64,000 nucleotides of DNA from Lytechinus pictus. Lineage: Eukaryota. Shown here piece after piece: positions 1 to 12,400 of the stretch. The notes under the pieces were generated by a model that saw only the letters and a program-made list of their open reading frames with translations, made no database searches and was not told the DNA's origin. Where the stretch lies: positions 53,878,001-53,942,000 of the forward strand of contig NC_087246.1 in NCBI RefSeq assembly GCF_037042905.1, given 5' to 3'. How positions within the stretch are numbered: position 1 is the stretch's first letter; each line of letters opens with the position of its first letter. A program made the translations under genes and the position numbers.

Positions 1-68
1 TCAGATGGATCTGTACTTTCTGCATTTTGGTTGATCGCCGAACTCGTTCCCTCACCATTCGTCGCCAT
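1..68 (-). CDS. Probable first coding exon of an unidentified gene running off the left edge (MATNGEGTSSAINQNAESTDPS...)
   Basis: Minus strand reads AAAATGGCG (strong start context, ATG at 68) with an open frame to the window edge. A CCAAT motif lies at ~103-107. Too short to identify. Confidence 0.45.
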   Translation of the reverse strand, partial: MATNGEGTSSAINQNAESTDPS

Positions 69-323
69 TTTCGCACTTACACACTTGATATTTCTACACA
101 ACCCAATGAGCCACTCAGCACAGCATGAACGTCATAAGTAATGCACGATCCCCATGGCTTTTTCGTAGTCTATTGAAGACAGTCGTTTAAATGTATACAC
201 TGCATCAATTAAGAATTCGAATGTAGGGGGGCCTAGCTTGTAAAAAAATAAAATCATACGACAATCGTTATTTCACTACAAAGTCAAATAATGATGATTA
301 AATAATGAAATAATGATTTAATA

Positions 324-534
324 TAGGGGCGGATCCAGGATTTTTCAAAAGGGGGGACACATTTTCTCGAGTAAAAATTTGACAAGCAAAAAAAAAAAAA
401 AAAGGTCTTCACTTTCGAAAGGGGGGCACACTTCTGTTTTAACGGAATTTTTACATTACAAATTTTAATTGTGCCTCTCAAAAGAGGAAGGGGCACGGGC
501 CGGCTGTGCCCCCCCCCCCCTGGATCCGTCAGTG
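324..534. mobile_element. hAT-like MITE, family 1 (GGGGCGGATCC...GGATCCG termini)
   Basis: Short TIRs; 8-bp flanks ATTTAATA/ATTTAATC; a second copy lies at 57149-57389. Confidence 0.7.
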
Positions 535-1439
535 ATTTAATCATACCAACTGCTGTATACCAGAGACCACACCCTCCATGAAAATAAACGATTTTGTATC
601 AAGGCCTTTTCTTAATGGAGAAAGAGATTTCTAATTCTAGATCATCGCAGAAAATCAAATGAAGAAATACTATATGTATGACAAATCAAATGAAATCAAG
701 AAGGAGCGAGAGAGAGAAACAAATTTGTTTGTACCGGCCACCCCCTCCCCCAAAAAATAAATAAATAAAAATAAATAAATACATGAATAAATAAATAAAA
801 ATAAATAAATAACCCAAGTACATGTACCCTTATGATGTAATTTTTGACCCCTTTTTCATTTTTTGTTGTTGCTGCTTCCTTTTCATTTATATTCATCTAT
901 TGATTATTGGGCTGAATCTAAAGAAAAGGGTGAGGCCTTAGTGACAGGAAAACATGATTAATGTTTAAAAGTGTTTGCCAGCATGTGTTCGTTCTAAATG
1001 CGTTCAAAACTATTTTTTCTCTCTGATATATCATAGGGTGAAAACATAATATATTTATCATCATGATATCCATGATTCAGGTAATACATCTTAAACCATT
1101 TATATCACCTTTTAGATTCCCTTAGATCACGATAGTATTTTTCATGTTAACATTTTTGAAAATCATGATCATATGATCGCCGCCTCTGATCATCAATATC
1201 TTTTTGAAGGTTCTATAGTATCACTGTTTCCATCCTGTAGAACTGCATTCATTTCGTCGATGCCACCCCCCCCCCCCATGCTTGAACGGAGCATTAAAAT
1301 AGGATCAGTCGAGAAAGAACTCCATAAATTTTGACATAATGATCAAATAGTATTATAGTTTACTCCGGTCCAAGCCGGGGGCCATAGTTTGAGTTGAAAA
1401 TTCAAAATTTCGGGGCACCCCCATATCAAGGGGTATTTT

Positions 1440-1608
1440 CACTAGCGTACCTACGGGGGGGGGGGGGGCAGGGGGGCACTCTGCCCCCCCTGACGAGTCA
1501 CAACCCATGCAAAAACGTATCTTTGCCCCCCCTGACGGGCTTGAAAAACCTTTTTTGCCCCCCTGACGAGCTTTAAGACCTTCAATGCCCCCCTGACGAG
1601 CTTGAAGA

Positions 1609-1642
<34 letters not shown>

Positions 1643-1702
1643 TGTCAAATTTTTTTGCGGACGGTTTTGCCCCCCCTGTGGAAAATCCTAGGTACGCCAC
1701 TG
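1440..1702. mobile_element. hAT-like MITE, family 2 (CACTAGCGTACCTA...TAGGTACGCCACTG)
   Basis: TIRs; 8-bp TSD GGTATTTT/GGTCTTTT; internal CCCCCTGACGAG repeats; near-identical copy at 52882-53226. Confidence 0.8.
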
Positions 1703-3555
1703 GGTCTTTTTCTTTCATTTTTTTGTTGTTGCCCTGCATTGTTTTTTTTTTGGGGGGGGGGGTAGAACGTCCATCCTATATACACAAGTGGCTATAGGGG
1801 CACGATCTTCATAATTTTTGTATGCCTCTTCCTCTTTTTTATATTAAATTTGGTCTATAAAAGCTTGTTTTGTCATAAACAAATAATTATGTTGTTCAAT
1901 CAAGGGATGATGTGATTCCAACATATTTTTTATTCGGTGTCCCTACTACGCCCTATATGTGTGATTAATTTTCATTGTAACATGCTGTTCCAATTGCCAA
2001 TGTGAAGATGAATTCATTATGCATAGTAAAAAAAAAAACATACAAACGAACTGTTAATTTTTTTATCAATAAAAAATAAAGTTTTGATCCCTATTGTGTC
2101 CTCTTTTTTTTTTTGGGGGGGGGGGGTCAGTATTAAAGTTCTAGACAAGATATACGGATCACGGGGCAGCATTTTCAATCATAATTCTGATTGACCGAAA
2201 CAGTGTCGTAAATCCAGTCTAAGTAAGGGGGTTGGGATGGTTGATAACAATAATTAAGCTGAAAATTCCAAATTTGGAGGACATGCACCCCCATATCAAG
2301 GGGTCTGAGTGCGGGGTCCAAATATCATCACCTATTTGATGATGATAGTTGATTCTTATAACGATTATTTAATTGTTTTTTTAATAGTTTTAATTGTGAC
2401 ATTAACTTGTGAACTGCAGTTGGTTTTACTATGCATATTAATATGCAAGGGAGTGAAGCGAGCGAGTAAATTTTCAGTAGTTGGATGACCAAATGTTGTC
2501 CAAAAACGAATAGATTAAACGGTTGAGCTTTATACAATGAAAACTCATTTCCTGCTCACTGGTTAGAGGTAAGATATAAGAATCGAAGAATTGATCATAA
2601 TTGGGTGCCTTATACTTCTAAAAAGAGGAAATAGCACATGGATGCAATTGCAAATAAAAATATTGTGGCAACTTTGAAAATTCTAAATCAAAGTTAATTC
2701 ACATTTTGAAGTATTTATTAGATCATCATGCTAATAAATGTTATTATAAGTCTCTTATGGATATGGTAAAGATACGTTAATTATACTGTTCTAACTGTTT
2801 ATTATATTTGATCAATGAGTAATGTCATCAGTATCTTATTGTAATTTTCATTTTCTTCTTCTCCTCCTTATCTTTTTTTTCTTGGTCGTTGAATTTCTCT
2901 TACCCCAAGCTCCTCCCCACAACTGTATCCAGTAATAACCATAATTATTTAATAGTCGTTGGAATCATTAAGATTCATAAATGAATCATTGTACTACAGT
3001 CGGCTTATTATAATCACTCGGGTCGCGTTCGCGTTCGAAATCACTCGGGTTTTGGATTTTTGGCGATTTTTTTTTATTTCGATGCAATTTTTTTTCTAAC
3101 GGTGTCTTCAATGGGACAAACACGCTGGGAAAATAAAATGAAATTGAAATTCTAGTTTCGTTTTAAGCCGGCAAGTGCCTTAGATAAAATGCACTCGCCT
3201 ACTGCTTAACATAACAAACAAACAAATCAGCCATGTGGCTCAACTATCCTAGAATACATCCAGACTTCTACTGTTTTTATACGAGGACTCCGAGTCGGAA
3301 CTTGCCATATCTGCCACATCGATATGACATCGTCATTCCCATGTGCGGACATGCATGCCTGCATGCAATGGCCCCAAGGCGGGACCCGGCCACGGTCGGA
3401 CACGGCGTGCATCGGTAGCATGGAGCAAGGTAACGTGAGTCGAGCCGAGTTAGATCCCACGTTACAGTGCCAGTCAGTCCGCAGCTCGTCCGAAAGTATT
3501 TTATTCAGCGCTATGCATAGCCAGCCATCCGTGGTTTAATGCATATATATGTAAT

Positions 3556-3986
3556 TAGACCAAAAGCTTCGGTCTCTGTAATGTTCGTTGTTCCGCTGAA
3601 CTCCGTTAGCTCCACTCACCAATACAGAGACCGAAGTTCTAGCTCGATCTGTACAGGGACTCAATGGCCATATGTTTATGCATTAAGTTCCAATAAAACG
3701 GGGAAGTGAAGTTGCGCGACAGCCGAAGCAATTAGTTACTGTTTTTTCCCCTTTTAAGTTTATTTTCCCTTTTTTGTGCATTTTAGGACAAAACGGAATA
3801 ATAATATTTATTTGATACAGTTCTTTTCATATATTTTTATGAAATAAAGACAAAAATCGATGAGCGCCGTCTGGGGGATTTTGCATTGTTAACCCCGTAA
3901 TGATGGTTGCACCATAGCGAGCCGTCTGTGTACGAGGAGAAATAAAAATGTTTAAAAACTCGAAACAGACGGCTGCCAGCTGTCTA
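3556..3986 (+). mobile_element. TAGAC...GTCTA non-autonomous element with 9-bp TSD (Academ/AcademH-like), copy 1
   Basis: Flanks ATATGTAAT/ATACGTAAT; homologous to 9934-10231 (reverse) and 50458-50871. Confidence 0.75.
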
Positions 3987-4223
3987 ATACGTAATGAGCT
4001 TTGAGGACGATCTTTCCGATAGGCGTTTTAAAATTCTGCTCTTAATTATTGTCCATTTCTCATAAAATTTGTCTTATTTTATAGATAAAATGGCCATATC
4101 ATGTTTTAAGTAACTGGAGACCTAAAAAATTCCCTTATTCTCGAAACATTGCATCAGGTGATGTGCTTAATTGATCTTTTTTGTGCTCGCGTGCCAAACG
4201 TATACGTTGAGCTGAACGGGGAT

Positions 4224-4262
<39 letters not shown>

Positions 4263-5069
4263 CTACCTTTCCGAAATTAAAACGGTCCCTCGATCGGACA
4301 TAGTTATTTAGACGCAGGACAAATAATGCTCTGACAACCAAACTAACTTTTCGTCAGCATCAGTAAAAATGTGAATGGGCTTTTAAAAACTAATACTAAA
4401 ACTGATCTAAAATTGATCTTAGATCGATTTTAAAATTGATTTTGGAAATCGATTTTAAATTAATTTTAAAATCGTAATTCTATGTCCTGTTCTAATTAAC
4501 CGATTTTAAATTTTTTTACCACAATCGGCGCGATCACCTGCCAATCTTCGATCATGTCCCTTGAAGGAAAAATCGGATATAAAATATCGGCGTAGTTCTA
4601 GTTGCAGTGCGTGATCGTTCAGAACATATTTCAAGATTTTTTTGAGGTGCTAGCTATTTAGAGGTCGCATTAATCAGGGAGAAAGACGCGGTATTATCTC
4701 TGACGATGTTTACGAGGATAGATATCTTCTCTTCAACCTCGTGGTGATAGCGGACGCCGCCGTGAACTTTTAAAGGTCGTATTACCGACGGACATCACTG
4801 CACTACTCTCTTACCTCCTTTATGATGATAGACACTTCTCTTCAACCTCGTGGTGATAGCGGACCCCGCTACTTTTATATTTCTTCTTGGTTATCAAAAT
4901 TAAGTTAATTTCTGACGATAGTAATAAATTGATTTGAAAACGCTAGCTCCCCAAAGCATTTTAATAACATGTTCCGAATCATCGCGCTGATGCACCGATG
5001 CACGCCGTGTCCGACCGTGGCCGGGTCCCGCCTTGGGGCCATTGCATGCAGGCATGCATGTCCGCACAT

Positions 5070-6399
5070 CCCAGGACCAAAATCCAGTTAAAACCAATCA
5101 GGGCAAAACCAATTGAAACCAGTTGGCCAACTGGTTTCAATAGGGAAATTGGAACAACTGGTTCCAATTGAAAACCAGTTGCCAATTGGTTCCAGTTAAA
5201 ACCAATTGGTTCCAATTGAAAACCAGTTGCCAATTGGTTCCAGTTAAAACCAATTGGGCAACTGGAACCAGTTGGCAATTGGTGTCAATTTGTTCCAGTT
5301 GTTCCAATTTCCCTATTAAAACCAATTGGAGGCAACTGGTTTCAATTGGTTCCAGTTGAAACCAATTGGAGGCAACTGGTTTCAACTGGAACCAGTTGAA
5401 ACCAATTGGTTTCCAACTGGATCCAATTGGAACTTCCAGTTGGAATGAACTTAATTAGTTACAAATTAATTAGCATTTGCACTAATTATTGCTCATGCCA
5501 ACATAGAAGCAGTGTTATATGTCTATTAATACCAATGTAAAGGGCATTGATAAAATACAGACTTTCATATGTATATATTTATATGGAAGATCTTCAAATA
5601 TATGTATTTTTGTTTGATGTAATTTGGTAACAGTTAGTGGTGTACTAATTATCCTTTAATCTGTTTTAATTATAATCTATAACATTTATGAACATGGTTT
5701 TCACTGCTAAGTATTCTAAATACTTATCTTTAAAAAGTGTGGTACTTGAAATTGAAAAGAATTAAATAGATACATTGTTAATGATGATGAATCTCATAAA
5801 ACATTAATCTGTGCACACTGGCAGATAATATGCAAATTAACTGGTTTCAATTGGATCCAGTTGGGTAACTGGAAAATTTCCAATTGGAAACCAATTGGAA
5901 ATTATTTCCAGTTACCCAACTGGTTCCAGTTTTATTTCCAGTTACCCAACTGGTTCCAATTAGAATTCATTTCCAGTTACCCATCTTTCCAGTTAGAAGT
6001 CATCTCCAGTTACCCAATTCAACCAATTGGTACCAGTTAGGATTTCCAGTTACACAACTGCATGGTTCAAGTTAGGATTTCCAGTTGCCCAACTGGTTCC
6101 AGTTAGGATTTCCAGTTGCCCAACTGGTTCCAGTTGGGATTTCCAGTTGCCCAACTGGTTCCAGTTGGGATTTCCAGTTACTCAACTGGTTCCAGTTAGA
6201 AATCATTTCCAGTTGGAAGTCATTTCCAGTTACCCAACTGGTTCCAGTTAGGATTTCCAGTTGCCCAACTGGTTTCAATTGGTTTCAACTGGAAATTGTT
6301 AAATTCCAGTTAAAACCAATTGAAACCTGTTAAAACCAATTGAAACCAATTGAAACCAGTTGGAAATCCAACTGGTTTCAATTGGATTTTGGTCCTGGG
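5070..6399. mobile_element. EnSpm/CMC-like non-autonomous element with arrays of subterminal repeats
   Basis: Perfect 17-bp TIR CCCAGGACCAAAATCCA; 2-bp TSD AT/AT whose removal restores the host TIR (GCACATGGGAATGAC); dozens of CCAGTT/CCAACTGGTT units at both ends around an AT-rich core. Confidence 0.8.
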
Positions 6400-7363
6400 A
6401 TGGGAATGACGATGTCATATCGATGTGGCAGATATGGCAAGTTCCGACTCGGAGTCCTCGTATAAAAACAGTAGAAGTCTGGATGTATTCTAGGATAGAT
6501 GAGCCACATTGCTGATTTGCTTGTTTGTTATGTTAAGCAGTAGGCGAGTGCATTTTATTTAAGGCACTTGCCGGCTTAAAACGAAACTAGAATTTCAATT
6601 TCATTTTATTTTCCCAGTGTGTTTGTCCTATTGAAGACACCGTTAGAAAAAAAATTGCATCGAAATAAAAAAAAATCGCCAAAAATCCAAAACCCGAGTG
6701 ATTTCGAACGCGACCCGAGTGATTTCGGACGCGAACGCGACCCGAGTGATTATAATAATCCCTACAGTCTATAGCCAAAATGACGTGATGCAGCGGATAT
6801 AACATTTGAAGCAAATTACGTTATATACTCCGATTCCGAGCGAAAAAAAAATCGTCTTTAGGATGCGAAGTTTGTATCACCAGAGATTATTATTTTGACT
6901 TTCTGTCTTGAAAAGTTCGTTGAAAAGTGGGGGAGGGATAATTCTACAGGCCATTCCCCCTCTCCGAAAAGTGTTATCCCCACCCCCTGGGATTTATGCC
7001 GTCAGTGGACTGAAAATGACAGACAGAATGCTTTTTGCTTTTTCTTTTAGTTAAGGGGGGTCAATGGTGTAACGAGTCTAAAGTCTTTATAAAGGGTCAG
7101 GCATGCTAGAAAAAAATATAATAAGCTGCAAGAAAGCGAAGCGAGTGAGAAATTGAAGAAAAAAAACATTTTCATACTAAAATCTAGTTTTGTGATAGAC
7201 TTTGACATGATCTTTAAAAGTGGGGTGTCTACTATAAGTAAATGTTAGCTTTCTTTTCCTATTCTTTCTTGTTTCCTTCTATTTTGGTCGTGAAACTGTT
7301 TGGGGTCCATGTTCCCCCCAACTTCTAAATCTGTATGCCAGCTGGGGAGGAGGTAGTACTTAA

Positions 7364-7933
7364 AGGCAAAGTCCACCTCAGAAAAATGTTGATTTGAATA
7401 AGTAGGAAAAAAATCAAACAAGCATAATGCTGAAAATTTCATCATAATCGGATGTAAAATAAGAAAGTTATAAAATACAAAATAGTTATATGCACAAAAG
7501 TAGTCATATGCAAATGAGAGAATGGATGATGTCACTCACTCACTATTTCTTTTGTTTTTTATTGTTTGAATTATGCAATATTTCAATTTTTACAGATTTG
7601 ACAATTAGAACCAACTTGACTGAACCATTAAATGTTAAACAATGGTAATACCACATGTTCAGGGAGAAATAAAACTTTGTTTCACAGGACAGTGAGGAGA
7701 AAATTAGAATATTTCATATTTCATATAATAAAATACAAAAGAAATAGTGAGTGAGTGATGTCATCAGTTACCTCATATACCGACCGAGATCTGCATATAA
7801 CTATTTTTTTGAATTAAAAGAAACTTCAAAATGTCATAACTTTCTTAAGAATTTTACATCCGATTTTGATGAAATTTTCGTTGGATTTTCCTCTTTTTCT
7901 TCAAATAAACTTTTTGTGGGGTGGACTTGTCCT
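7364..7933. mobile_element. Kolobok-like MITE
   Basis: TTAA|AGGCAAAGTCCACC ... GGTGGACTTGTCCT|TTAA, with extended internal inverted repeats. Confidence 0.75.
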
Positions 7934-9369
7934 TTAAAAGTGGGGTGTCTACTTAACGTACATTTTATCTTGATTTCTACAATAAGATGAGGATACATAC
8001 ATCACAATCATGTAGGCATAAGGACTATAAATCAATAATGCGAGCGCGATACGCGAACTTATTTTTGTTGTTGAAATATTGAAAATGGGCCATTGAGGAC
8101 TCTTGTCGTTTCTCTTGGTTATTTCCCTTTTATTCAGTTCTCATTTTTTATGTTCTCCATTTATTTTACTTCATAAACAAGAAAAAAACAACTAAAATAA
8201 GGAAGTGGCATTATAATTAAATAAACGGGGCACACCTCATGTGGCTTTGCTGCGGGGAGGGGTAAATGTTTAAAAGATAATGACATTTACAAAATCATAA
8301 ACATGAACATGTCATTCTATTTCATCCTGGAATTTTCTTCTTTCTCCATCGAGTCCATCCATATCTTTCTAACAATTTCTGAAAGGAATGGTTTCATTCA
8401 ATAACAATAAACATAAGACAATTCCGAAGAAAAAAAATCGCTTGTCAACATGCATTTATAAGGCAATCAATATACTACCATCATGATCATAATATACTTG
8501 TCATAATGATGGGGGTAATAACATAGGCCACCACCCACCCACCTGGAATTATCGGGGGATATATCCCAGAGACTCCAACCCCAAGCACCTTCTGATCTGA
8601 AGATTCTCCCGCCTAGATCCCCCAGCAAACTGGAGACTCTAATTTGATGTGCGTTTCGCGCACATCACGAGCGCGAAGTCCCTTGCGGCCGGGGTCCTGG
8701 GGCCCAGGAGCTCTAGGGTTCTAGATGCTCTCTTATGCTATCTCAGGCTAATTATCCCCCATCATCCCATGCATCCCAAACTTTGTGGAATAGGAGGTGA
8801 ACCGATGTGTCTTTTTACTTCCACAAAGTTCCTGTTTCTAAAGTCTAATATCTGAAACCTCTGTTTTCCTGAATGGCAAGAGCCAAGATTTGCATCACCC
8901 CATATCGGATCAGGAAATAAAATGAAGATGATTGAACAAAGAGAAGAGATAGGCTTTAATACGGTTTCAGCGATATAAATACGAGGCCCATTTTAAGTTT
9001 GAACTCATAAATAATGGATTCATCAACTCTAATAATCCCGCGATCTACTTGTCTTATGAAATTAGATTTCCAAGTAGAAAGTGTATATTCAACAGAAGTC
9101 TCTCATTCATTGGTCAAATGTTTTTCGATGATGAGCCAATCAATTTACACGTACGGTAGTAGCTACCCCGACACCCCATATATTACCCCCCCCCTCCAAT
9201 ATCACTCTATTTAATGCAAATGGAACATTAAGAATTGTATTTTTTGCAAGCTTACAAAAGTCTTTTTCTTTTCACTCTTCTTGCTCCTCAATTGCACCAG
9301 ACCCGTGTCTCACTGAGTGTATACTGCGCTGTTAATGTGGCGCCCTGCACCTATGCTGTGTACTTGCAT

Positions 9370-9383
9370 GCTACCATAACAAC
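9370..9383. promoter_or_regulatory. Candidate RFX X-box upstream of TSNAXIP1
   Basis: GCTACCATAACAAC (reverse complement GTTGTTATGGTAGC) has one mismatch to GTNNYY-AT-RRNAAC and lies ~115 bp upstream of the ATG of a cilium/flagellum-associated gene. Confidence 0.5.
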
Positions 9384-9498
9384 GGGTCAAGCGAGTCGAG
9401 TAGGTCGGCCGTGTATGAACTTTTATGTGATCAACTTAATTTAGTTGTAACCACTTGAGAGAGGTTTTGTAACTGCTAAATACATTCATATAGTCGAA

Positions 9499-12400
9499 AT
9501 GTCAGCAAAGGCACTGGCAAAGTTACCACCAATTCAGAGATCGAGGTAAATATCAAATTTTCGACTTAATTATCAAACGTTCTGTGCGACAAAATTCGCA
9601 CGGTCTCACCGGAGTGCCACTTTTCTAGGCCTGTAGAGCCGGCTAAACTAACATGGACAATCCGCTCGTTCAGCGGCCAGCTAGACAGGCTGGTATTGGT
9701 AGTGGACGTGGTAGTGGTAGTATGCCGGCGTCACCCGTTACGGGAACGGGTACGGCCGTACCCGTTCCCTGATCCCTTCAATCTAGCACTAAACGTTGTT
9801 TACATGGACCTACTAAAATATACTGCATAGACAATACAAGGCATGCCCAATACAAAAGTGCATGTCAATCATTAATCCAAATTTCCATTTTTCCAATGAA
9901 TGTGTAAATTATGTTCATCATCATATGATTATGTAGACAGCTGGCAGCCGTCTGTTTCGAATAGTTTTTTACATTTAAAAAACAAATTTCTCCTCGTACA
10001 CAGGCGGTTCGCGATCGTGCAGCCGCCATTAGGGGGTTAATAACGCAAAAAACAGTGACTTACTTCGGCTGTCGCGCAACTTACACTTCCCTGGTTTGTC
10101 CGAATACATAAACATATGCCCATTGATCCCTGTACAGATCGAATTAGAACTTTGGTCTCTATAATTGGTGAGTGGAGCCAACGGAGTTCAGCGGAACAAC
10201 CAATATAACAGAGACCAAAGATTTTGGTCTAATGATTATGATGCCAGGGCCCAGCCCAGGGCAATTTTTTAAGCCGAGTGCACACTGGATCTTCGCCATA
10301 GAATTTTGAGATCCTGATATCAGCTAAACCGTTGACTTAGATCTACTTTATAAATTCCATTGAGTGATTTTGACCATAGGATCTATTTGGTATTTATGAA
10401 TAGTTGCATAAAATTAAAAAAGTGACTTTAATAAATAGATCTACATGTAGATCTAGTTTTGCAAAGCTTTACTAGAAAAAAAAGTCCAGCAGACAAAGCC
10501 AAGGTAAGATAATTGTATCAGATGAAGGTTAAAATACCATTAAATTGGTATCACATTTTGCAAAATGGTGATTTTTTTACTTTGTCCAGAATCTCAGATT
10601 TTCTTGGAACCGACACAAAAGGTAACAAAATTAGCCGCCGTTTTGCCAATATTTTCACAAATATTTTCACAAATGGGGACCTTAAAGAAAATTTCCCAAC
10701 TGGGTTATTTTTGGTTGCTTTTTCTGTTAGTGATGTCAGTTTTTCAAGATATTGACATACACGTTAATCTAAAATTGACATACACGTTAATCTATATTTG
10801 AATTACTTATTGAATGTTGAATCTTGTTCATGCTTTTGTTTAAATTGAATCAATTTATCTTGTACATATTTATATTATGTTGAAGAATGAAAAATAAATT
10901 TGAATTGAATTGAATTGAATTATATTATAGTCTTATTATTTGTGAGAATGCAACCAAACCAAAAAATTGGTAATTTGTCTTGAATCAATCTACAATCTTA
11001 AGTAAAAAGTTATATCTAACATAATGTAATCTCTGAAATTGAATTTGAACTGTAAAATTTGAATCTAGAACTATATTTGAAGTTTCATTCGATCTGGCTC
11101 GGTTTTAATAGTCTTTTAAGTTTCGTTTGTTTCATGTAAGTTGTACATTTTGCCGTTTGACAAAAAATTAATCTGTTCTTAAATCTTTTGCAGTCCACCT
11201 CCACCAGCAAATATCAATGCTGTGATATCACCTCGGGCAGGTAAAGCTTTTGGTGGACTCCAAGGACCAAGCTACCAGATAGGGGAAGGTGGCAAACACA
11301 AACTACCTGAACCTCAAGCATTAAAGGTAGACTCCAAGCATTTCATTTAATGTTGATTGTAAAACTCTTTGGTAATATGTAAAGGGGTACTCTGGGCTGA
11401 AATTAATTTTATCTATATAAATTGAGTACAATTCATGGAGCAAAATGCTGAAAATTTCATCAAAATCTGATAACAAATGACACAGTTATTGAATTTAAAA
11501 GTTCAGCAATATTTTGTGAAAACAGTGATATGCACATCATGAGTATTCATGAGGTGGGGTGATGATGTCACATCCCCACTTTGCCTTATGTTATTACATG
11601 AAATCATCATTATTTCATATATTCATTCATGTGAGTATGATATGTCACCCTTATAATAAAATATGATGCAGTGATGAATATCTAAAATCAGTCGTCATTC
11701 CTCTTTATTTTTTTAGTTCTTGGAGGACAAAATTTTAATAAACATAGTTTCATAAAATAGAAAAGAACAAGTTGGGATTTGAGATTATCACTCAGTTTGC
11801 TCTGTAAAATGACATAATTTTGTTATTCCTTGTCTGATTTTGATGAAATTTTAAATGTTAGTTTGATTTTTCTTTGTCTGTTCAAGTCATAATATTTTCA
11901 GCCTGAAGAAGGTTGTTGACACCCACTTCTGCTTGTTACAAATATTTAAATGTATATTCTGCACATGTGTACACAGAAGCTGATCCAGTTGTGAATGATC
12001 TTTCAGGCACAGTAATGATAGTATGTGTTGCATCCTCTATCAAGAATTTAGGCAGCTGAAATCTGTCTGGAGGATTTTTTAAAATAAGTTTTTTTTTTTT
12101 TTACTTCATGAAACTTCTCCTCCATAGTTCATTTTAAAAAGTGATGAACAGAGACTGAAGCTTTCAGTCTAGCAAGAATTTTGTAGTATAAAGATGCTAT
12201 GTGTCTTTCACAGCAGATTTGCCTTATTCCCCTTTGTTATATCTCTGATAAATGTGAGGAATGGTGATGAAGCAATGTAGGATTCCTGCATGAAAGACGT
12301 GCCTCTGACTTTAAGTAATAAGGTTCCTATTAAAGTGGGTGCATGGACAACTTGCTCTTATTTACATTGCTTTAAGTGAGCTAAAAACCTGGGCGGCAAT

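Larger units (their letters stand above)
3015..6748. mobile_element. Non-autonomous foldback-type DNA element with ~400-bp TIRs, hosting two nested insertions
   Basis: 3015-3416 is the reverse complement of 4994-5069 plus 6402-6748, with few mismatches. Termini CACTCGGG...CCCGAGTG; ATTATAAT on both flanks; no transposase ORF seen. Confidence 0.85.

Noticed and set aside
284-1739. K/G/P-rich ORFs at 284-544 and 1353-1739
   Set aside because: They derive from homopolymer-rich MITEs that recur at 57149 and 52882.
3015-3050. RAG/Transib-like RSS termini
   Set aside because: It starts with CAC but reads CACTCGG, not CACAGTG. No nonamer at 12/23 spacing, no 5-bp TSD and no RAG-like ORF.
4979-6333. 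Many overlapping ORFs rich in W/N/Q/L/V/P
   Set aside because: They are translations of the CCAGTT/CCAACTGG subterminal repeats of the EnSpm-like element, open on both strands, with no domain.
5080-6390. CRISPR-like appearance of short repeats (also the 15-mer array at 16048-18010)
   Set aside because: Eukaryotic context, no regular repeat-spacer period, no cas genes, and bounded by TIRs.
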